Counted from the whole stretch's first letter, positions 12,281-25,300 are shown. The stretch: 63,659 bases of DNA, filler included, from Octopus bimaculoides (GCF_001194135.2; 6 parts of 5 records of this genome joined end to end with filler, not necessarily neighbours in it); one strand, 5' to 3'. Notes: generated by a model from the letters alone, not told the origin. Numbers and translations: made by a program.

Positions 12281-13150
12281 TTTAATGTAATAAAATTTCC
12301 TGTTCCTTTAGCATAAAAATATTGGGAAAGTGAAGTAAAATAGAATCTATTAATTACATGGAAAAGTCACTTTCAGGACAGTAGCGGAAAAAAATCTTTT
12401 AAATTCAGAGACACTAATCTCACCCATTACTTCAGGTACAAGATCTCCGCTTCATTGTCAAATTATATGTGGTCTCTTGACATTAAACGAATAGATAATC
12501 TTAAAATAAATCGTAGTATATCTTTAAAGGCATACACCTACAGCAGCAATAATTACAATATGTTTATGGGAAAATGAGGTCGGATCATGTGCAGAACAAG
12601 GTTTGATACTGGGACCTGACCTCAAATTGTCCCAAGCTATCCACCTCATAAACTTGCAGCGGTGAACGAAATTGTCAGTGTCTCACGGTTTAATGAGTTG
12701 TACAGTTGAGGGTAATAAAGAACATTCGTTTCCATACCAACTTCGATAAGGTGGATGTATTAAAAGGTTATGTATTAAAGGTTATGTATTAAAAGGTTAT
12801 GTCGTTACCCTCCAAGAATTCAGCATTCAAATTTCTATCAATTAATCTTCAAAATATTGGTCTCAAATTTTGGAACAAGGCCAGAAATTCCGGGAAAGGG
12901 GGTATGTCGGTTACCTCGACCCCATTGCTGAAACGGTACTTATTTTATCGACACCGAAAATATCAAAGGAAAAGTCGACCCCGGCGATTAATCTTCGAAA
13001 CATTGAACGCATAGTTTTGCAACTGTCTGTCCCTGATAACATACGCAACAAAAACAATTAGAGAAAACATGATATATGTTATCAAGTTAATCTCGCTTCC
13101 GTGTGCGAATGACGGGTGTAGTTGAGATAGATAGAAAGATTGATAGGTAA

Positions 13151-13181
<31 letters not shown>

Positions 13182-15601
13182 CATACATACATACATACAT
13201 ACATACATGCATACGTACATACATAGAAAGAAATGCAGGTAGATAAATAGGTAGACAGATAGAGATGTATATACATATACATATACACAATCATCAGTAT
13301 ATACGCACATTTGTTTGGGTTTGTATGTGATGAAGTTCATATGTATATATGCGTTTCTCTAATATATATTTAGAATAGGAACATTCATACTTTATACATT
13401 TTTCAAACACTAGTTAGAGAATTTTCAACTTTACACGAACTGCATAATTGCGTAAAATGCATAATTTATAAAGTCAATTAATAATTATCTCTGTTTCCCG
13501 TAAAGAATCTTTACGGCGGAGGCTTTACATAATCGCTGAGTTGTGAGAAATAGTAACCAAGAACCACGTGCTTCACATTTAGAATATAAGGGTAATTTGA
13601 ATTATATTATCATGGCTGTATTGTGCCTAAACAAAAAATAATGAAGTGATCGGAGTATCTTTACTGCTAGGATTTCACACAAAATGCTTACCTGATGCAA
13701 AACAGCATTATCATGTTAAACAGTAGCTTACGTAACACCGAAAGAAGAGAGAAGATAACTATAAGAATGACAATAGATAATTACCAGAATATATCGAATG
13801 TCACACAATTAAATCCAGCAGACTAACACAATCTGTAGGATTTCAGGCATATAAAAACAATTGACTAATAGAGTTTGTAGACGTCAAACCAATTGGGCTA
13901 AAAGATTAGCAGATATAGGAGACAATTAGTTGACAAAGTTACAAGTGTGTAAGGAGAATTTCTTCGCTTTACTGCTTTTAGTTATTTTTGTATATACTGT
14001 CAATTTAATTTTCTCTGGGTTCAGTTATATACGTATAAGAAATTTACTGGGTAAGACTTAACCAAGACACTATTGTTTCTTACACCTCTGTTGGCTTCAA
14101 CACATTCGAGGAGCTCATATCTCTAATGATTGATACAGGTTACCTATCCCACATGAAAATCTATGTGTTCCCATCAAATATCTGCTAACACCAACCGAAC
14201 CAGCATCTTCTACAGGATTAATGAACAGCTAAATATAGTAGCCATAACCCCTTGTAATTACAATATAGTGTTTTAAAAATTGATGTATTGGATAATTTTA
14301 TATAATATACACTTCGCAAATAAAACAAGTCGGGGTGTTCATGGTTGGAACACTTGTTGAATATAAAACCTCATCATCACCTGTTTTTAATGGGTTGGTT
14401 TGAGGATGAAGTACAACACCCTTGTTTATTTTCTGCACGAGTGAGAAGAAAGGGAAAACTTATACTGAGATCGGATGCCAGGTCTGACTGCTTACAACAT
14501 TAAAGTTACCCAAGCGCCAAGTAATGGTGTTAAACCAGGCGCAGTTTTGAGTTTACGACATAAGAACCTGTACCGTGTCTCCAACGAGCACTCTGCCAAT
14601 CAAATTACACCGAAAAGTCTTCTGTTCACATGAACATGTAGTAGAGAATAATTCTCCAGGCTGTCGTGCAATGCGACCGAACTCAAAACTCGGTATTTAC
14701 GAATCAACCTTCTTAACCACACAACTATCTCTGTGGAAATATTGCTATCACGCGTTCATATTATGTGTGTTTTACTATTTGTACTTTATATTTGATAGAG
14801 TAAGTCATTCTTCCTAAAATTACCTCGAGTGCTTTGATCTATCCCTCACATTGATGTTTAAAGCTTTCTCTTTTAAATACTATTTTTTTGTTCTTTTCAG
14901 ATATTCGCCCGCAGATTCTTGATCAGATCAACAGATATATTAACAATATGAAAGTAATAATTCAATCAGACATTTGACATTGCTACTGGTGTTTACAGAA
15001 ACAAACTAACCGAAAGTTCTTTTGAAACTCATTGAATCAAGTTTCTGATTTTGACATAATAACTGAAAGTTTACAATTGTTCCGCAGAAGTTCCTCAACA
15101 TCCTTATCAATTCTTTACAAAGAATTGAATGCACATTGCTTACATTATGCAGAAATTACCGGAGTCTGAAAACTTCGGCTCCGGTTGACTATTCTTTCTA
15201 TGGAATATATTCTATGGAAGATTTTCTAGTTCTTGTTTATACGGAAGAAAGTTCAAAGTTATTGTCTTGAATACAAAGCGACAAGCTGCAACACAATTCT
15301 TCATTTGTATTGTAGATTGTTGCTTTCTATTTCCATTTTGACTGTTATACATTGTAAGTAGATTTTAAAGGAAATTTTGTTTATACCCATATAGGTCACG
15401 CAAAATTTTAATTTTGCAACAATTTTATTTCGTAAGATACGTGTCTTCGAATATTATAGCTATTTGGGGTATTAGAAAACATTGATGTAAGAGTATTGTT
15501 TACTTGTTCATCCAACTTGATCTTAGAAGCTAATTCATAATTCTTTTAATTTATGTCAAATGATGATAATGTTTTCAGCTACAAAACTCATTATCGTATT
15601 C

Positions 15602-15800
15602 AAAGCGGTGAGCTGGCAGAATCGTTAGTGCGTCGGAGCAAGTACTTTGCAATTTCTTTTTAATCTTTACATCCTGATCTCTGAGTCCGCCGAGGGCGAT
15701 TTTGCATTTTGTACTTTCGGAAGGCGATAAAATAAGCAGCCAAGTAATGGGATCGACATAATCGACTTGTCCATTTCCCTACAATTGCTGCCTTTGTACT
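15602..15800 (+). mobile_element. tRNA-derived SINE, family A
   Basis: Head AGCGGTGAGCTGGCAGAATCGTTAG (A box), degenerate B box, body CGATAAAATAAG..GATCGAC shared with other copies. Confidence 0.8.
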
Positions 15801-16089
15801 AATATTAGGGAATATAAATTTCTCTTACAATATGTGTATCCGTATATTGGGCTTCACGGTATCTCATTGGCTGTGAGGTTTTCTTTAAAAACTATTTTTT
15901 CATGGGCGCCTTTAAATTTTACTTCCTAAATATATTTTTCCTTAGAAGATCGGCGTGAAATGCGTAAGTAAAGCAACCACAACCTTAAGTAAACTAGGAA
16001 GCTTCAAGATCTAAAACCTGCCTGTGGATATTAAAACAAAGATGCAGTCGGTCCCTCTGGATACTTGAGCTATTGTAAAAAAAAAGGCA

Positions 16090-16300
16090 GGATGACGGCA
16101 AGCTCGCAGAATTGTTAGCACGCTAGAAAATGCTTAGCGGTATTTCGTCCGTCTGTATGTCCTGCGTTCAAATTCCACCGGGATAGCCTTTACCTTTGAT
16201 CTCTTTCGGGATCGATAAAATAAGTACTGGCTGAGTCCTGGAATCGATGTAATCGTCTTACGTTCACCCTCAAACTTGTGATCCTTCTATCAAAATTTGA
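16090..16300 (+). mobile_element. tRNA-derived SINE, family A
   Basis: GCAGAATTGTTAGCAC..AAATGCTTAGCGGTATTTCG..GTTCAAATTCC..GATAAAATAAGTACTG. Confidence 0.85.
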
Positions 16301-16310
16301 AACCAACATT

Positions 16311-16640
16311 AAGGCGGTGAGTCGGCAGAATTGTTAGCACGCCAGACAAAATGCTTAGCCGTATTTCGTCCATCCTTACATTCTGAGTTCAAATTCTGCT
16401 GAGGTCGACGATGTCTTTCCTTCTTTTGAGGTCAATAAAATAAGTACCAGTTGAGCTCTGATTGAGGACGATGTAAGTACTGCAGTCGATTCCTTCAACT
16501 AAAACCATTCAAAGCAGTGCCGAGTATGGCCACATTCTAGAGGTCGATAAAATAAGTACCAGTTGAGCCCTACTTGGGTTGATGTAATAGACTTACCCTT
16601 CCCACCAAACTTATCAGGCGTCCCAACATTTTAGACCAAC
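16311..16640 (+). mobile_element. Family A SINE fused to a family B tail piece and a duplicated family A 3' part
   Basis: Family A head at 16311; GTCGATTCCTTCAACTAAAACC..GTATGGCCAC (family B-like) at about 16483-16533; GGTC(A/G)ATAAAATAAGTACCAGTTGAGC occurs twice. Confidence 0.7.
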
Positions 16641-17006
16641 ATTATTACCAATATTATTATGAAGCAACAAAGCAATCTCTATGTAGTCATACGATGTACA
16701 GCATATTAATCCTTATTCATATATAAGTGCGGTACGAAATTTATTTCTAGAATATCTAAGACATTAAAAATCCTTGAACATGCTTCAGTGACAGAATGCG
16801 TTATTAAAAATTTAGCTATATTCTAAACTATCATAAAAAGAAGACAAACTATAGAAAACTTTTAAAATTAAATTTGTTTTTCTTTTACTTTTTATAGAAA
16901 GTGCACCACAGGAAGTTTTGGTTTTTCCTTTCCAATTTTCTTTCTTTGTTCTTGTTGTTGTTTTTGCTTGTTTGTTGTTTTTTGGGCCATTACTATAATT
17001 TGTATT

Positions 17007-17200
17007 AAAGTGGCGAGATGGCGGAATTGTTAGCACGACGGAAAGCAAACTTAGCATCATTTCTTCCAGCTTTACGTACCGAGTTCAAATTCTGCCGAGA
17101 CAGATTTCTCTTTCATCCTTTTTGCGGTCGATAAAATAAGTACCAATCAAATATTGGAATCGATGTAATCAACATACGCCCTCCTTCCGAAAATTGAAAC
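17007..17200 (+). mobile_element. tRNA-derived SINE, family A
   Basis: GGCGAGATGGCGGAATTGTTAGCAC..GAGTTCAAATTCTGCCGAG..GGTCGATAAAATAAGTACC. Confidence 0.85.
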
Positions 17201-17839
17201 TACTGTTATTTTATAACTTAGACAGCACAATGGAATGAAATATATTGAGAAAAATTGCAGCAGAGTTAAGATTGTTGTTAACTGGCCGAATAACTACATC
17301 GAAAATTCTTTGTGTCGCAGGTAAATGATCAGTTACTGCACAAAGAGATAGTTTTATATGACGATCAGCTACGCAATGAAGAAATAATTCGTATATTTTA
17401 TTGTTGAAGCCACTTTGTTCAAGTATGAATGTTTCATAAAATCAGACCTATTATTTCGAAATTAAGTAATACTTCATGTACTTTAACTACATAAGAGGCT
17501 ACTCTTAGAAAATAAAAATTCGAATACTTGTTTAATAGGGAAAATTACGAGTTGAATGGAAAACGAAAAATATCACAGATACACTTTCAGGGACATATAA
17601 TATTTTACGGTTTGTGTAGATAGAATTTTAAGTTTGAATGATATTGCTGATAGTGTACTGAGGTCTATGTGGAAGTTTACTGGAAATCGGCTTCAATGAT
17701 CGTTTCTTTCCATTCAGCTGGAATAAAACTAACAAAAGACGGAAATAAAAAGTGTATGGCTAAGTTACTGAAGATATATGTAATATATTTAAGCAAGAAT
17801 GTAAATTTAATAATAATTTTATTTTCTCTCTCTCTTATG

Positions 17840-17908
<69 letters not shown>

Positions 17909-18484
17909 ATAGATTGATAGATAGATNNNNNNNNNNNNNNNNNNNNNNNNNNNNNNNNNNNNNNNNNNNNNNNNNNNNNNNNNNNNNNNNNNNNNNNNNN
18001 NNNNNNNNNNNNNNNNNNNNNNNNNNNNNNNNNNNNNNNNNNNNNNNNNNNNNNNNNNNNNNNNNNNNNNNNNNNNNNNNNNNNNNNNNNNNNNNNNNNN
18101 NNNNNNNNNNNNNNNNNNNNNNNNNNNNNNNNNNNNNNNNNNNNNNNNNNNNNNNNNNNNNNNNNNNNNNNNNNNNNNNNNNNNNNNNNNNNNNNNNNNN
18201 NNNNNNNNNNNNNNNNNNNNNNNNNNNNNNNNNNNNNNNNNNNNNNNNNNNNNNNNNNNNNNNNNNNNNNNNNNNNNNNNNNNNNNNNNNNNNNNNNNNN
18301 NNNNNNNNNNNNNNNNNNNNNNNNNNNNNNNNNNNNNNNNNNNNNNNNNNNNNNNNNNNNNNNNNNNNNNNNNNNNNNNNNNNNNNNNNNNNNNNNNNTG
18401 TGTGTCTGTGTGTCTGCGTGTGTGTGTCTCTGTGTGTGTATGTGTGTGTATGTGTGTGCGTCTGTGTGTGTATGTGTGTGTATC

Positions 18485-18514
<30 letters not shown>

Positions 18515-18526
<12 letters not shown>

Positions 18527-18715
18527 CCCCCATCACCACTTGACAACCGGTGTTCGTGTGTTTACATTTCCGTAAGATAGCGGTTCGGCAAAAGTGACTG
18601 GTAGAATAAGTACTAGGCTTAAAAATAAAAACTGGCGTCGATTCCTTCAACTAAAACCCTTCATGGGGTGCTGTAGCATGACTACAATCTAATGACTGAA
18701 ACAGGTAAAAGATAA
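18515..18715 (+). mobile_element. SINE family B, 3' half
   Basis: CTTGACAACCGGTGTT..GCGGTTCGGCAAAAG..TAGAATAAGTACTAGGC..AATGACTGAAACAGGTAAAAGA. Confidence 0.8.
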
Positions 18716-18744
18716 AGTGTTCCAGGCCAAAAGTCCCATTTTAA

Positions 18745-19090
18745 AAGTACATTGTATGTTCTGTTAATACTCACAGAGACGCCAAAATGCGTAGAGCCGA
18801 CCAGGTACACCGACCAGTGCTCTCCATCACTGTCAGCTCCTTTGCATCCCCCAAAGTGATGTTGCGCCTCTGGAGATGTTCCCTAATCACATCTAGCCAT
18901 CGGTGCGGAGCTTGCCATGAGGCCGCTTCCAGCCCGCGGCTGATGCGTCGTTTCAATAATCAGGTAATCTACTGGAACCCAACCCTTCCCTGCAATTTTT
19001 CTCCACCTCACTTGGCTTCACAATGAGAAAACCTTCTGTATTTTAATGGGCTTTATTTGTAATCCTGGTGAACACCCTGCACATAGTGCC
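18745..19090 (-). mobile_element. RTE-type LINE 3' end fragment
   Basis: RWLDVIREHLQRRNITLGDAKEL resembles the RTE C-terminal GRP..RW.D motif region. Confidence 0.65.
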
Positions 19091-19162
19091 TAACTGATAA
19101 ACTTTTGATTTGCTAATATTCTATCTCTCTCTCTACCTATGCATACGTACATGCATACATAC

Positions 19163-19205
<43 letters not shown>

Positions 19206-19305
19206 NNNNNNNNNNNNNNNNNNNNNNNNNNNNNNNNNNNNNNNNNNNNTTAATTAATTAANNNNNNNNNNNNNNNNNNNNNNNNNNNNNNNNNNNNNNN
19301 NNNNN
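19206..19305. other. Assembly gap placeholder (44 N + TTAATTAATTAA + 44 N); also at 32053-32152, 51814-51913, 56395-56494 and 60389-60488
   Basis: Identical 100-bp architecture occurs five times; the 12-mer gives stops in all six frames. Confidence 0.97.
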
Positions 19306-19534
19306 ATATATATATATATATATATATACATACGCATATAAATATATTAATACTCACACATACACAGATATACTCGGTAGCACACTTGTCGTGAAAACAC
19401 AAAGGTGTGAGTTCGAGTTCCACGCGTTCGGGAAACCTACGTCTTTTCGTCGAGGGATCATATGCCCCAATATTAGACTATTTTCTCTAGTCAATACACG
19501 ATGATCGCTTATAAGCTTTCAGCTTATAACAATA

Positions 19535-20060
19535 TTATTGTTATTATTATTATCACCATCTTTACTTTTAATCTGCATCCTTGTTACAGTCACTTGCCGA
19601 GACACCCAGTGTGCTAGGGCGAGTCAAGGATAAGAAATGTTACAATATGACTGACAGCTTGGCGAAGGGAAGTAGCGAAATATCTTCATGTAATACAACA
19701 CAGATATTTAAATGGATAGGGTCATTCTGAAGATGTGGGCAGTACTTGTCAGCACAGTTTTTTGGATTTCTCTGAGACATGGTTCTCCTGGGATCTTGTC
19801 TAGATGTTTCTGAATCCCATTTTTATCATGCCTAGGGCACCTACAATAACAGGAATGGTTCTCGCTTTAAGATGCCACATCTTTTGTATTTCAATTTCTA
19901 GGTCCTTATATTTACTTAGTTTATCAAATTCTTTGACAGATACATTTTTATCAGTGGGAACATTTACATTTATTAGTGTACAATTATTTTCTCCCCAGTT
20001 TTTAATTATTATGTCTGGTCGATTTGTCTGAATCTTTCTGTCAGTGTTGACTGGAAAATC
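19535..20060 (-). mobile_element. R4/Dong-like endonuclease end and 3' UTR abutting a (TAA)n-like tract
   Basis: RPDIIIKNWGENNCTLI..VPTDKNVSVKEFDKLSKYKDLEIEIQKMWHLKARTIPVIVGALG; ends at AATAATAATAAC on the minus strand. Confidence 0.85.
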
Positions 20061-20099
20061 TCAGAGGATAGTGACATTTTTAAAGACTCTCGGATAGTT

Positions 20100-20690
20100 C
20101 TTTATTACCGGTTATTCTTTACTTGAAAGCAGGCAATAAAAAAATCATCAAAGGTTTCAAGTAGTGCCTTCTCCTGTGACTCAAAGAGACTATGCTCTCC
20201 TTAGAATGCGAGCTGTACCCAACAATCCTGTCTTTTGGATCACCTCAAGCCTGACAGCAGCTCCAGTATTCTTAATATATTTTACAAAGCCCTTGGAAAT
20301 TGCCCCTAATACTCCAGTTACCACTGGTATCATCATTACTTTCCTCATGCCCCACAACTTTCCTATCTCGTCCCGCAGTGGCTGGCATTTCCTAATCTTT
20401 TCTGTTTCCTTACATTTCACCCTCGAATCGCCTGGCATCGCAACATCTATAATCTTTATTTCTTTTTCTTCGTTATGGATGAGTGCGATATCTGGTCATC
20501 TCGCCTCTGTGACTTGGTCGCACTGCAAGTTAAGATCCCAGAGTTTTCTTTTGTAATGTTCGTTTTCCATTACTCTCTCTGGCTTGTGTTCACGCCATTG
20601 TTCGGCTCTCTCGAGGCTTGCTTTACTGCATAACAACCAGTGGACATAACTGGTCTCATTGTCGTGTTTCCTTTTGTATTCACGTTGTAC
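20100..20690 (-). mobile_element. Second R4/Dong-like lineage, 5'-truncated
   Basis: QREYKRKHDN..YVHWLLC, KLWDLNLQCDQVTEARRPD, PGDSRVKCKETEKIRK..IPVVTGVLG..QKTGLLGTARILRR. Confidence 0.85.
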
Positions 20691-21088
20691 GTACGTACGT
20701 ATGTATGTATGTATGTATGTATGTATGTATGTATGTATATCAAGATTAAATATAAAGAACGCAGCAAACAGAAACTTTGACATACCTAAATATAACTAAA
20801 AAAAAAGAGGGTAGTAAATAAACATGCGAAAATATATTAAATACACAGGCGAACAGAAAACACAGAAGGTCAGGTCACCAACTCCTCATCAGTTATTGAC
20901 CAGAGGGCCAAACGTAATTTCTGTCATTTTCGATAATAATGCTACCACTCTGATGACACCGGCAAAAAACTTGCCGGGAGTGGGACTAAAACAACAAAAC
21001 GAGATGGACTCGAGACGAGACCGTTCGTGGTCGAACAAGGGACAAAAATAAAAACAGAATAAAGGCTTAAGGCTAGACGAAGACAACA

Positions 21089-21090
<2 letters not shown>

Positions 21091-21148
<58 letters not shown>
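21091..21148. repeat. (AAT)n microsatellite, probably the tail of a degraded LINE 3' end at about 20880-21090
   Basis: Perfect AAT array preceded by an RTE-like frame RQKTCREW..RWTRDETVRGRTRDK. Confidence 0.7.
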
Positions 21149-21150
<2 letters not shown>

Positions 21151-22126
21151 ATATACAACAGAAAAAGCCGTAGGGCTGCAAGACAGACAAAAGTAGGTAG
21201 CACAAAGGAGAAATGAAAACTATCCTAAAGGTCTACAGATACGAGACGGGTAGAGCGAGGAGCACAGAGAATCGTGACCGGTCTGGTCGAAGGCAACCCG
21301 AAAAAGAATGACACCGCCCTAGATAGTCACGGGTTACGTGAGAGTGGGAGGAGAGAGAGGAAGAGTCAGCGGGATCAGGGAAATGGAAGAAGGTAACAAG
21401 NNNNNNNNNNNNNNNNNNNNNNNNNNNNNNNNNNNNNNNNNNNNNNNNNNNNNNNNNNNNNNNNNNNNNNNNNNNNNNNNNNNNNNNNNNNNNNNNNNNN
21501 NNNNNNNNNNNNNNNNNNNNNNNNNNNNNNNNNNNNNNNNNNNNNNNNNNNNNNNNNNNNNNNNNNNNNNNNNNNNNNNNNNNNNNNNNNNNNNNNNNNN
21601 NNNNNNNNNNNNNNNNNNNNNNNNNNNNNNNNNNNNNNNNNNNNNNNNNNNNNNNNNNNNNNNNNNNNNNNNNNNNNNNNNNNNNNNNNNNNNNNNNNNN
21701 NNNNNNNNNNNNNNNNNNNNNNNNNNNNNNNNNTATATATATATACGCATACCTTTACACATATACACACAGACACGAGCCAGCGAGGGAATTACCACAT
21801 GGTTCTCGACCGGCTAAAAATAACAACCCAATTTCTCACAAGTGACTCGCTTCGTTATAAAAAAAAAAAAATAAAGGAATAATTGGATAATGTTGTTCTA
21901 CGTAGGCTATGCCTGAAGATTCATGCACATATGTGTCTTTTTTTTTCCATGCCTGTTTATGTATACCCGCCCCAAATACCAACAGACATATATGCATATA
22001 TTTACACTCTTACACACACACGTGCATATATTCATGGGAGAGTACAAACAACTTTTGCATAGATGCCGGCATACATACATACATACATACAAACATACAT
22101 ACATACATACATACATACATACATAA

Positions 22127-22175
<49 letters not shown>

Positions 22176-22225
22176 CATATTTATTTATTTATATATTTAT
22201 ATTTTTCATCATGTTAGAGTCTAAC

Positions 22226-22400
22226 ATATGTCGGGATTAAGGGTCTAACAGTTCGACTGTTAATCCCGACACATTTTTCCCCTTTAATTCCACTCTGTCG
22301 AAGAGCGAGGGCTTGAAACTTCAAAGACTTTTCCATTCCTCCCGAGCGTCAAAATAATACGCCTACTTGTTGCTCTCTCACTTCTCTTTGTCTCATGTTT
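22226..22400 (+). mobile_element. Penelope-like terminal repeat fragment with hairpin and degenerate hammerhead core
   Basis: TGTCGGGATTAA..TTAATCCCGACA hairpin, then CTGTCGAAGAGCGAGGGCTTGAAACTTCAAAGAC..TCCCGAGCGTC, homologous to 118-180. Confidence 0.55.
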
Positions 22401-22446
22401 ACTGTACATTTGAACCATACATACATACATACATACATACATACAT

Positions 22447-22505
<59 letters not shown>

Positions 22506-22616
22506 ATATAAATAATATATAAATATATGCATATATCTCTCTCTATATATATGTACATACCTACATCTATATGTATACATACATGTATATATGAGTACAG
22601 AACATCATACATACAT

Positions 22617-22655
<39 letters not shown>

Positions 22656-22669
22656 CGTGAATAGGTGCA

Positions 22670-22830
22670 CGCTGTACCACGCGTCAGGTGTCGAAGTGAT
22701 CGCAGAATTAACGTGAAATAAAGTGTTTTGCGCAAGAATACAACGCACCACCCGGTTTAAGAATTGAAATCACGTTCGCATGATCGTGCTACAACACCGT
22801 AGCCACTAGGGCATGCGTCCTCATAAGCTT
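22670..22830 (-). mobile_element. tRNA-derived SINE, family C, 5' part
   Basis: Reverse complement gives a tRNA-like head; aligns with 60230-60352. Confidence 0.6.
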
Positions 22831-22955
22831 CCATCCGCCCACTTTTGTTCATATTTATAGTAACAGTGAATAACAATTTGAGTAGTGTTGCGATGCACAT
22901 AGATGCATGTCCTTATACTCGCACGTACACAATCACGTGGTATATTGTCTCGAAT

Positions 22956-22987
<32 letters not shown>

Positions 22988-23174
22988 GCGTAAACTGTCA
23001 CGTAGACAGATTGAACTGTCCCGACACAAAAACACAAACGCCTTATCAATTTGTTGGTGATCGTCTTTTTGTAAAATAGTAAATATTAAAAAGTAAATGG
23101 TGTTACGTAAGCACATGAATACACACATATACATGTATACACATACATACATACATATTTACTCAGATGCATTT

Positions 23175-23212
<38 letters not shown>

Positions 23213-23726
23213 TTTCATGCATACACCCATACATACATATATGCATACAAGTATACAAATCTACATGCAACTATGCATACATATATTCGTATCTACATAT
23301 AAACATGTGTATATACATACCTACATATATACACACATACATACATGAGCACACGCATACATACATACATGCATACATACATGCATACATTTACACATAC
23401 ACACAATCATACATGCATACATGAATACATATATACATACATACATACATACATACACACATACACACATACATGCGTACACGCATACACACATATACAC
23501 ATGCATGCATACATTTANNNNNNNNNNNNNNNNNNNNNNNNNNNNNNNNNNNNNNNNNNNNNNNNNNNNNNNNNNNNNNNNNNNNNNNNNNNNNNNNNNN
23601 NNNNNNNNNNNNNNNNNNNNNNNNNNNNNNNNNNNNNNNNNNNNNNNNNNNNNNNNNNNNNNNNNNNNNNNNNNNNNNNNNNNNNNNNNNNNNNNNNNNN
23701 NNNNNNNNNNNNNNNNNNNNNNNNNC

Positions 23727-24152
23727 AGATACTCCACCCAGACTACAAGTTCAAATTCATACCCGTGATTGTTGGAGCATTGGGATATGTAACGAACTGC
23801 CTCAACAAAAACCTGGAAAAATTAGGGTTCTCAAAACCTGAAAGAAAAATGCTGATTAGAAGACTACAGATTCAAGCCATCAATGGAAATGTAAAGATAT
23901 GTAAAACTTTCCAAAAATTTAGCACATAAATACATATGCATGCATCTAGACATGAAAATATATACATAAAAACGCATCCATAAAACAAACATACAAATTT
24001 GCGCATACACTAACACCAAATACCGCACACACACATATGCACAAATACCTAGATGATGTTAATAAAAGTTCCAATGAAGGAGCCTTGAATCTATGTTAGA
24101 GTCCGGCTCTTTCTCTATGGACAAGAAATACAGAAATGAAACTGATTGATAA
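23727..24152 (+). mobile_element. R4/Dong-like 3' end (same group as 8590-10565) with complete 3' UTR
   Basis: QILHPDYKFKFIPVIVGALGYVTNCLNKNLEKLGFSKPERKMLIRRLQ then stop; UTR ends GAAACTGATTGATAA directly into (CATA)n. 5' part is in the gap. Confidence 0.85.
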
Positions 24153-24189
24153 CATACATACATACATACATACATGATGATATAATGGT

Positions 24190-24480
24190 GGAAGTTCTTC
24201 GTATCAGGATAGCATGACGAGAGCTGCAAGCCCTCAAGTGGTTTTTTAAACCGGTCCTTCAAACGACAGGTGCTGTTGGGGTAAATGTATAGGCTTTGGT
24301 CAAATATCTGCATGACGATGACTCTTTCCTTTCTTTGTCGCATCTCATCCACCGCAATGGCACTGGCCCTCTCAAAATTCCTTGCGGCGGTCTCTCTACT
24401 GTCACTCCTTACCACTCTGTAGGCTCTTCCTGCCTGTTGAGCAGGTATTTCCTGTGTGTCATTCGCGCTGACGGGGCTCG
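24190..24480 (-). mobile_element. RTE-BovB-like 3' end fragment
   Basis: Across frameshifts: KYLLNRQEEPTEW, NFERASAIAVDEMRQRKER, RTGLKNHLRAC (terminal zinc-finger-like end), followed by a CAT-rich tail. Confidence 0.6.
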
Positions 24481-24487
24481 CTGTAAA

Positions 24488-24519
<32 letters not shown>

Positions 24520-24539
24520 ACACATACATACATACATAC

Positions 24540-24840
24540 AAGGTTCCAATCAAGGCTACAGTATCAATGTCTACCCACCACACTTTTCGGTCTATCATCA
24601 CTGCCTCGATGTCCCGGATGCATTCCAAGCCAGTGTCCGCAATCAAGTTGTCCATGTGAGTGTGATGATGGTTTCGTCTTTTTACATTACCATGAAGGTG
24701 GGTTCCACTAGTCTAATTCAGATGCTTCCATTTCAGGGTGGCACACACAATGACCAGATAGTCGCGGCCATCTTTGCCTGATCTTCTCGCTAACTTTCGG
24801 CAGGTCTCTATAAAAGCATTCTTTTGTCGTATGTTGCTGC
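24540..24840 (-). mobile_element. RTE-type LINE 3' end fragment
   Basis: LPKVSEKIRQRWPRLSGHCVCHPEMEASEL..TGLECIRDIEAVMIDRKVW. Confidence 0.8.
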
Positions 24841-25039
24841 CATTTCACATTCAGGGTATACATACATACATACATACTTTGTACATGCATGCATACGTAT
24901 ATTCATACATATAGATGTCCATACATGTGTATATACGTACATACATACATACGTACGTACGTACATACATACATACATACATACATACATACATACATAC
25001 ATGCGTTCTGAAAACGTTCTGTAATGTAAGAATTTCTTG

Positions 25040-25300
25040 TTTCGAGCCCTCATTTCGGTATTTATTGCTTGCTGATAGAATCGGTCATCGATGCCAGAAC
25101 CATGATTATTTTTTGCACATTACCTAAACCCTTCCCGTCAAGTTCATGTTTTCTTCAAGGAATCTGTTGTAGTGCCAATAATCATAAAGCAGAGACCAAA
25201 ACAAATAGGCATTATCTATTTTTGCGAATTTGCTCCGTACGAACTTCTTTGGCCTTCAGTAGCACTCGCGTAATCTTTTACCAAGGTTTTTGGTAGAGGC
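25040..25300 (-). mobile_element. Degraded LINE reverse transcriptase fragment
   Basis: RVLLKAKEVRTEQIRKN..LALQQI resembles RT domains 2-3; heavily decayed. Confidence 0.35.

Noticed and set aside
19250-19261. Recurrent TTAATTAATTAA motif (five times)
   Set aside because: Always centred between two 44-N runs in a 100-bp block; a scaffolding placeholder, not biology.
20950-20990. CTGATGA followed by a CCGGCAA/TTGCCGG stem, resembling a hammerhead
   Set aside because: No GAAA, stem III or stem I follows; the region reads better as a decayed LINE 3' end before the (AAT)n tail.
24200-24480. 152-aa minus ORF with a TTTTACAG acceptor suggesting a host exon
   Set aside because: Explained across frames as an RTE-BovB-like 3' end.
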